This document shows positions 59,271-64,000 of a stretch of 64,000 bases of DNA, piece by piece. A model generated the notes under the pieces. It saw nothing but the letters and a program-made list of their open reading frames with translations, searched no databases and was not told where the DNA came from. The number at the start of each line of letters is the position of its first letter. Within the stretch, counting starts at the first letter, position 1. The position numbers and the translations under genes are program-made. The stretch covers positions 1,440,001-1,504,000 of the forward strand of contig CAWGLD010000001.1 in the NCBI GenBank assembly GCA_963823335.1, in the 5' to 3' direction. This DNA comes from an uncultured delta proteobacterium. Its GTDB lineage: Bacteria > Desulfobacterota > Desulfobacteria > Desulfobacterales > B30-G6.

Positions 59271-59491
59271 GTCTAATTCCTCCAACTATAAATTATGTAT
59301 AAATAACAGACAGCTATAATGCTCAAAGAAAGAGAACTCATATATCAGTTTCTGCTAACTTCAGATTTATTCGATATCACAACTTATTTAGCCAGATAAA
59401 TTTTACAACGCAACTGGAGGTAGCGCAAGTTTTATATATGAAAGCTCTTTAATTCGCATTTTGACTATTCTGTTCTTTTGTATCCGGGTTT

Positions 59492-60463
59492 TCATTTTCC
59501 TGACGGCATTATCGACTTCGACTGCAATGACGCGGCCAACGCCTGGGCGATGTTTTCGGCCAGTTTCTGGCCAGACGCTTCGTGCACACCGGCGAAATAT
59601 GGACCCACGGAAAACATGAGATCAAAGCTTCCCATGATTTCTATCATTCGGGCACCCAGGAGGGCGATTCCCGGTTTCACATCTCTGCCGCCGTAGTTCT
59701 TAAAGTATGTATGAAGATCATCCACCAGCTCCCTGGCATCTTGATCTGTTTTGCGTATTGAAAAGTAGGCCGTTGCCCGGTCTTCACCGGCCTGGTATTC
59801 GGCTGTGAAGACATTATCAAGGGAATTTAAACCAAAGACATCCCTGGAAATCATGGATGCGCTGCCCCTAACGAGGTTTTCCAATGGAAAGCGTGCCAGT
59901 TGAGGAAGTTCTTGCTCTTTCACGGGTGTCTCCCGGACAAATTGTTCAGCCAGGGATTTCAGAAGGGTTATGTCACCGTCCAGGGGTTGGATCCAAAGTA
60001 TTTCCACATAATAAGGACCATGCACCAGGTAAACGGTGTTTTCAGTTTGATATGCAAACGCGGTCACGTCCATAACTTGCGCATTGTCACGTCGTTGCAG
60101 GCTGAAAACAGAAAACGCATTCAACAGGCTTCCCATGTGAAAGATATTGACCTCTATCATGGAATCGACATGTTCAATAGCTTCATACAACTGGCTGGTG
60201 AGGGAGACAAAGCCTGCTGAAAGATAAAATTCCGCCTGTCCGTTAATTTTTTCCCAGAGGGTGTCCGGGCTGAATACCTCCGCAGCACCAGACACGTTGA
60301 GACCAGGGAGATGGGCTATGGAAGGCGCCAGCTTTTCGGATTGTCCCGCCACAGCGGCTTCAAAGACCAACAGCAGACCGAACAGGATGACTGCGAGGCC
60401 AGATATGATCAAGCTCCGACAAGGGATACTGCCAAGGTCTGCTGGTTCACTCTTTGTGATCAT
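59492..60463 (-). CDS. Exported/membrane-anchored hypothetical protein (DUF6599-like)
   Basis: N-terminal hydrophobic segment; LWEKING.AEFYL..GF and F.M....NAF.VFS patterns; follows a Tat-exported aldo/keto reductase. Start uncertain. Confidence 0.6.
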   Translation of the reverse strand: MITKSEPADLGSIPCRSLIISGLAVILFGLLLVFEAAVAGQSEKLAPSIAHLPGLNVSGAAEVFSPDTLWEKINGQAEFYLSAGFVSLTSQLYEAIEHVDSMIEVNIFHMGSLLNAFSVFSLQRRDNAQVMDVTAFAYQTENTVYLVHGPYYVEILWIQPLDGDITLLKSLAEQFVRETPVKEQELPQLARFPLENLVRGSASMISRDVFGLNSLDNVFTAEYQAGEDRATAYFSIRKTDQDARELVDDLHTYFKNYGGRDVKPGIALLGARMIEIMGSFDLMFSVGPYFAGVHEASGQKLAENIAQALAASLQSKSIMPSGK

Positions 60464-60480
60464 GAGGTGCAATGTCCGGG

Positions 60481-61725
60481 CTATGCGAATTTTTCTGACG
60501 CTTTCCGCATGAGTTTTGTTATGGGCATGTTCTGGGGGCATCGACGCTCGGCCTTTGAAAAATCCGTCACAAGGAGCTGCCTGCCCACGGCCGGCGCAAT
60601 TTTTTTCAAGTATCCAACGGACATCTCCGGCTTTCCATAGGCATTTTCGTACATGAGATTGCGCATGATATCGCTGATGGGGACATCTGCACCCACGCAG
60701 GATTCACAGATATCTGCACAGCCGGCGCAGTAACCAGGAGCCGTCCGCCGGGCATAAATTTCCAGACGCTGTTTGTCACCAGCGGACAGATTTTTCTTAT
60801 TCAACGCCGCAGCCACATTGGCCTGCAGGATTGTCATGTTCGGCATGGCCGAGCAGATGCTGGCAATATGCGGGTTTTCCCACACAGCCCTGAGCTTGGC
60901 CTGTTCGGCCGTATACCCTTTTTCCAACAGCCTATCGGTCATTTTCTGCGCTTCATCTGTTTCAGACCCTATGGATGAATAAAAATTTGCGGAGAAAGAG
61001 GCCTGAGTTTTCATGGCAGTCAATCCTATTCCGGCCTTGACACAGGCATCCACCGCTCTTTTCATTTCGCTTTTTACCATGAGCCTGTAATTATAACTCA
61101 CCATGATACCATCGATCCATCCAAGTTCAGCTGCGGCAAGCATGTTGTTTTCCATGTTTGTATGGGCGCTGAATCCAAACAAACGAATCTTTCCCTGGGC
61201 TTTGGTCTTTTCAGCCCAGATCTTGACGCCATCTGTCAGCCGGTCTTTAACATTACCCACATGGTGAATAAAATACAAATCGATGTAGGATGTATGCATT
61301 CTTTGAAGGGATTCGTTTAATTTGTCCGTCAATGTTTCAGGATCTGAAGAGCCTGCTTTGGTTACAAGGAACACTTTTTGGCGGTCGTCTGGAAACCTGG
61401 AAAAATATTTGCCGATGGCCTTTTCGTTTTTCCCCCAACCATATGAATCTGCCGTGTCCCAATAGGTGACACCCATTTTAATCGCTTGACTGAACATGAG
61501 CTGGTCTGACATGCCCAATACACCACCGAGGGAAAGAATCGATACCTCGACGCCGGTTTTTCCAAAGGGCCGTGTGGGCACGAGCATGGGTTCGGAATTC
61601 ACTGCTGCTGTGCTTCCAGATGTCTGTGCCAAAGCGTTAAAGGGTAAAAGTGATGATCCTAAACCGATGGCTCCGGCGGTCTTGATAAAATCTCTCCTCG
61701 ATAACTTGCCGGTTTTTTTGGACAT
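60481..61725 (-). CDS. Tat-exported aldo/keto reductase family protein with C-terminal Fe-S cysteines
   Basis: SRRDFIK Tat signal; DTADSY, LVTK, IDLYFIH and AMK motifs; C-terminal CAGCADIC and CPQ. Confidence 0.9.
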   Translation of the reverse strand: MSKKTGKLSRRDFIKTAGAIGLGSSLLPFNALAQTSGSTAAVNSEPMLVPTRPFGKTGVEVSILSLGGVLGMSDQLMFSQAIKMGVTYWDTADSYGWGKNEKAIGKYFSRFPDDRQKVFLVTKAGSSDPETLTDKLNESLQRMHTSYIDLYFIHHVGNVKDRLTDGVKIWAEKTKAQGKIRLFGFSAHTNMENNMLAAAELGWIDGIMVSYNYRLMVKSEMKRAVDACVKAGIGLTAMKTQASFSANFYSSIGSETDEAQKMTDRLLEKGYTAEQAKLRAVWENPHIASICSAMPNMTILQANVAAALNKKNLSAGDKQRLEIYARRTAPGYCAGCADICESCVGADVPISDIMRNLMYENAYGKPEMSVGYLKKIAPAVGRQLLVTDFSKAERRCPQNMPITKLMRKASEKFA

Positions 61726-61813
61726 GCTTCATTTCTCCCGTTAATGTATGATTAAGCAATACAGAAACTAGTATTTAATGCTATGGCCGTGCAGCGTCCC
61801 AACGCAATGGTTT

Positions 61814-62935
61814 CTAACGGCGGGGTGTTAACTTTAACAAACGACCACCGGAACCGTCTTCAAGCACGTACAAAGCCCCTTCGGGCCCCTGTTCGATCTC
61901 GCGTATACGCTCACCCCATTTAAATCGTTCGGCTTCTTCGGCAGTGTCTCCTTTCAAATCGACACGAATAAGGGCTCTTGATACAAGTCCACCGATAATC
62001 GCACTGCCTTTCCAATCGGCAAACATGTTACCGTCATAAATAACAAGACCGGACGGTGCAATGGAGGGCACCCAAAAAGTCCGAGGGGCTTCGAATTCAG
62101 GACGGGTGTCATGATCGGGGATCGGCATACCCGAGTAGTGGTCGCCGTTCGATACGATCGGCCAGCCATAATTTTTTCCAGCAATGATCAGATTCAACTC
62201 ATCGCCGTGGCGCGGACCCATCTCATGGACCCACAAACGTCCGTCGGCATCAAAAGCGATGCCCAGCATGTTGCGGTGACCGACGGTCCAGAATTGCTTG
62301 GCAATCTCACCACGATTCTGCCACGGATTGTCATTGGGCACTGTTCCATCGTCGTTTAAGCGCAGCACCTTGCCAAGATGGCCGTCAAAATTTTGGGCCG
62401 GGGTAAGTTTCTGACGGTCTCCGGAGGTGATAAACATTTTACCATCTGGGCCGAACCCGATGCGATGGCTGTAATGTCCTTTTCCGGTAACTTTTGGCTT
62501 CTGAGCCCACAGTTTCTCCACTGACGCGAGCTTGAGCGGGCTGTTTTTAAGATCGAGTTTTGCACGGACCACCACCGCACCGAATGTGGCGTTATCCTCC
62601 CCGCGTTCGGCGTAAGACAAGTAGACCCAGGAATTGCGTTCAAAATCAGGATGCAGCACCACATCACCCAAGCCACCTTGACCGCCATAAGCGACCTTCC
62701 ACAAGCCCAGCACTTCTGCTTTCGATCCGTCTTTGGGAACATGCCACAGCATCCCTTTCTTCTCGGTCACCAAAAGAGTGCCATCGGGCAGGAAAGCCAT
62801 GGCCCAGGGCTCATCGAAAGTAGCGACCCGCGTGGCCGTAAGTTCGGTGCCCTTCGTGCCCTCAATTGGAAAGTCTCCGGCTGCAACCGGTACAGTCATT
62901 GTAATGATAATCAGCAAGGAGATAATCAAGCGCAT
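61814..62935 (-). CDS. PQQ-dependent sugar dehydrogenase (glucose/sorbosone, YliI-like)
   Basis: Signal peptide MRLIISLL with [45 protein letters not shown] and RIRE..QGP.G motifs. Confidence 0.9.
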   Translation of the reverse strand: MRLIISLLIIITMTVPVAAGDFPIEGTKGTELTATRVATFDEPWAMAFLPDGTLLVTEKKGMLWHVPKDGSKAEVLGLWKVAYGGQGGLGDVVLHPDFERNSWVYLSYAERGEDNATFGAVVVRAKLDLKNSPLKLASVEKLWAQKPKVTGKGHYSHRIGFGPDGKMFITSGDRQKLTPAQNFDGHLGKVLRLNDDGTVPNDNPWQNRGEIAKQFWTVGHRNMLGIAFDADGRLWVHEMGPRHGDELNLIIAGKNYGWPIVSNGDHYSGMPIPDHDTRPEFEAPRTFWVPSIAPSGLVIYDGNMFADWKGSAIIGGLVSRALIRVDLKGDTAEEAERFKWGERIREIEQGPEGALYVLEDGSGGRLLKLTPRR

Positions 62936-63127
62936 AGATGTGAGTCCTTTTCCTGTTTTTTGATATTCATTCCACAGCAAGACTGCAAAGAAGCCATCAA
63001 CGAAATCATTAAGGTTCTGCCCATGGGCATAGGTTTGTATGTTTGCTCCATCATAAAGAGCGATTGTTGTAATGTCGCCATAATCCCGTTCCATCCCAAT
63101 GGTTTCAATGTCCAGATAGGCAGTCAA
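62936..63127 (-). pseudogene. Internally deleted remnant of an RNase H-like (YprB/RNase_H_2) exonuclease
   Basis: AYLDIETIG...ITTIALYDG (Exo I motif) is joined directly to [11 protein letters not shown], normally a C-terminal motif. It is in frame with the downstream dehydrogenase. Confidence 0.6.
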
Positions 63128-63306
63128 TTCTCTGGATATTTATAAACGTTTAAACCAATAACGGCATTGGTCCCCTCGATCTTCTGGTTGCCCTTTGTAC
63201 TGGCGATGGTTATCGTTTTCCCGGATTTCGAGAGCCCGCTTTCTAATGATAAATCAACTTCGATAATCAGTTTGTTGTCTTTGACTTCCCATTTCACATT
63301 TTCCAT
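63124..63306 (-). CDS. Small conserved hypothetical protein (60 aa)
   Basis: G.S.SGKT..IAST.GN...GLNVY pattern typical of a small conserved family; GGGGG RBS. Confidence 0.7.
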   Translation of the reverse strand: MENVKWEVKDNKLIIEVDLSLESGLSKSGKTITIASTKGNQKIEGTNAVIGLNVYKYPEN

Positions 63307-63405
63307 GAGGCCCCCTATTATTCATATTTGATTCGTATCAACTTCGCCTCCACAATAAATCTTTTTATACCATCGATGGGCAACATGCTCAACAAGCTAT
63401 ATAAT

Positions 63406-63456
63406 CCACAGGGATCAGTTATCTCTCCTGTACTTGCCAATATGACCCTGGATGGA
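63406..63456 (+). mobile_element. Tiny remnant of a group II intron reverse transcriptase gene
   Basis: Translates as PQGSVISPVLANMTLDG, matching the RT domain 4 motif PQGxxxSPxLANxxLxx. There is no YADD and no other RT sequence nearby. Confidence 0.65.
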
Positions 63457-63609
63457 CGGGATTCGGCCTCAAAATTGAAGATAGCTCCCCTACACCTCAA
63501 CGGTAAAAGGAGCTTCTGAAAATCTGATAACATACTATTAAGTGATGTCTTGGCTTGAATGTCGGTCTTGTCAATTCAAGTATAGGTCAGGGCAGCTTGA
63601 CCCCCAATT

Positions 63610-63999
63610 TTATCTTTTTAAGAATTTGACAACCAGTTCTGCAAATTCTTCCCCGCAATCTTCCTGAAGAAAATGGCCACCACCCTTGATCGTTGTATGT
63701 GTCTGTCCTTTTGCACCGAGTACTGATTTTTGAAATTTGCGTTCCCCGCCACCGGTAATCGGATCCCCATCGCTGAAGGCTGTCAGGAATGGCCGATTAA
63801 AACCCTTCAGCACATCCCAAGCCTTTCTATTTGCAGGAGAGGCTGGATCATTGGATGTAATGGGAACTAAAGATGGAAGAATCCTTGCCCCCTCTTTGAA
63901 AGTATCATCAGGAAAGGGAGCGTTGTAGGCGGCAGCTACTTCATCAGGCACCCCTTTTTTGCAACCCATAGCCACTATGCTTCCAACGTCAAAATTCTC
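63610..63999 (-). CDS. Haloalkane dehalogenase family alpha/beta hydrolase, C-terminal part (start outside window)
   Basis: AAYNAPFPD, PFLTAFSDGDP and GGGHFLQED motifs; frame open to the window edge. Confidence 0.88.
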   Translation of the reverse strand, partial: ENFDVGSIVAMGCKKGVPDEVAAAYNAPFPDDTFKEGARILPSLVPITSNDPASPANRKAWDVLKGFNRPFLTAFSDGDPITGGGERKFQKSVLGAKGQTHTTIKGGGHFLQEDCGEEFAELVVKFLKR

Positions 64000-64000
64000 G

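Noticed and set aside
61814-63127. Single 437 aa protein as given in the ORF track
   Set aside because: An internal RBS, ATG and signal peptide at 62935 indicate a separate gene preceded by a remnant.

Overview
A gene-dense bacterial window of about 55 CDS. The gene families (tungsten AOR, multi-Fe-S proteins, a pterin:corrinoid methyltransferase, a DUF3783-like protein) suggest an anaerobe of Desulfobacterota type; this is inference only. Main blocks: (i) 3.0-17.2 kb, a near-complete nucleotide/nucleoside scavenging cluster (long thymidine kinase, CAT-like protein, MTA phosphorylase, secreted e(P4)-type 5'-nucleotidase, deoB, PNP, pdp, cdd, deoC, BMP-family ABC importer). (ii) 17.4-27.4 kb, an apparent operon of a methyl-THF:corrinoid methyltransferase, a GabT-type omega-aminotransferase, a tungsten aldehyde:ferredoxin oxidoreductase, a clear PylB (3-methylornithine synthase) with no other pyl gene in the window, and a LIV-type amino-acid ABC transporter. 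This is the best candidate for an undescribed pathway. (iii) Mixed housekeeping and accessory genes (tex, typA, patB-like, Na/Pi symporter, lemA plus M48 peptidase, proline dehydrogenase, MMPL, Ntn acylase, PP2C, HU). (iv) An AT-richer accessory tail with gene remnants, including a group II intron RT scrap. A ~102 bp palindromic repeat occurs twice in inverted orientation. I recognised no rRNA, tRNA, CRISPR array or intact transposase. All assignments come from motif recognition by eye, not database searches.
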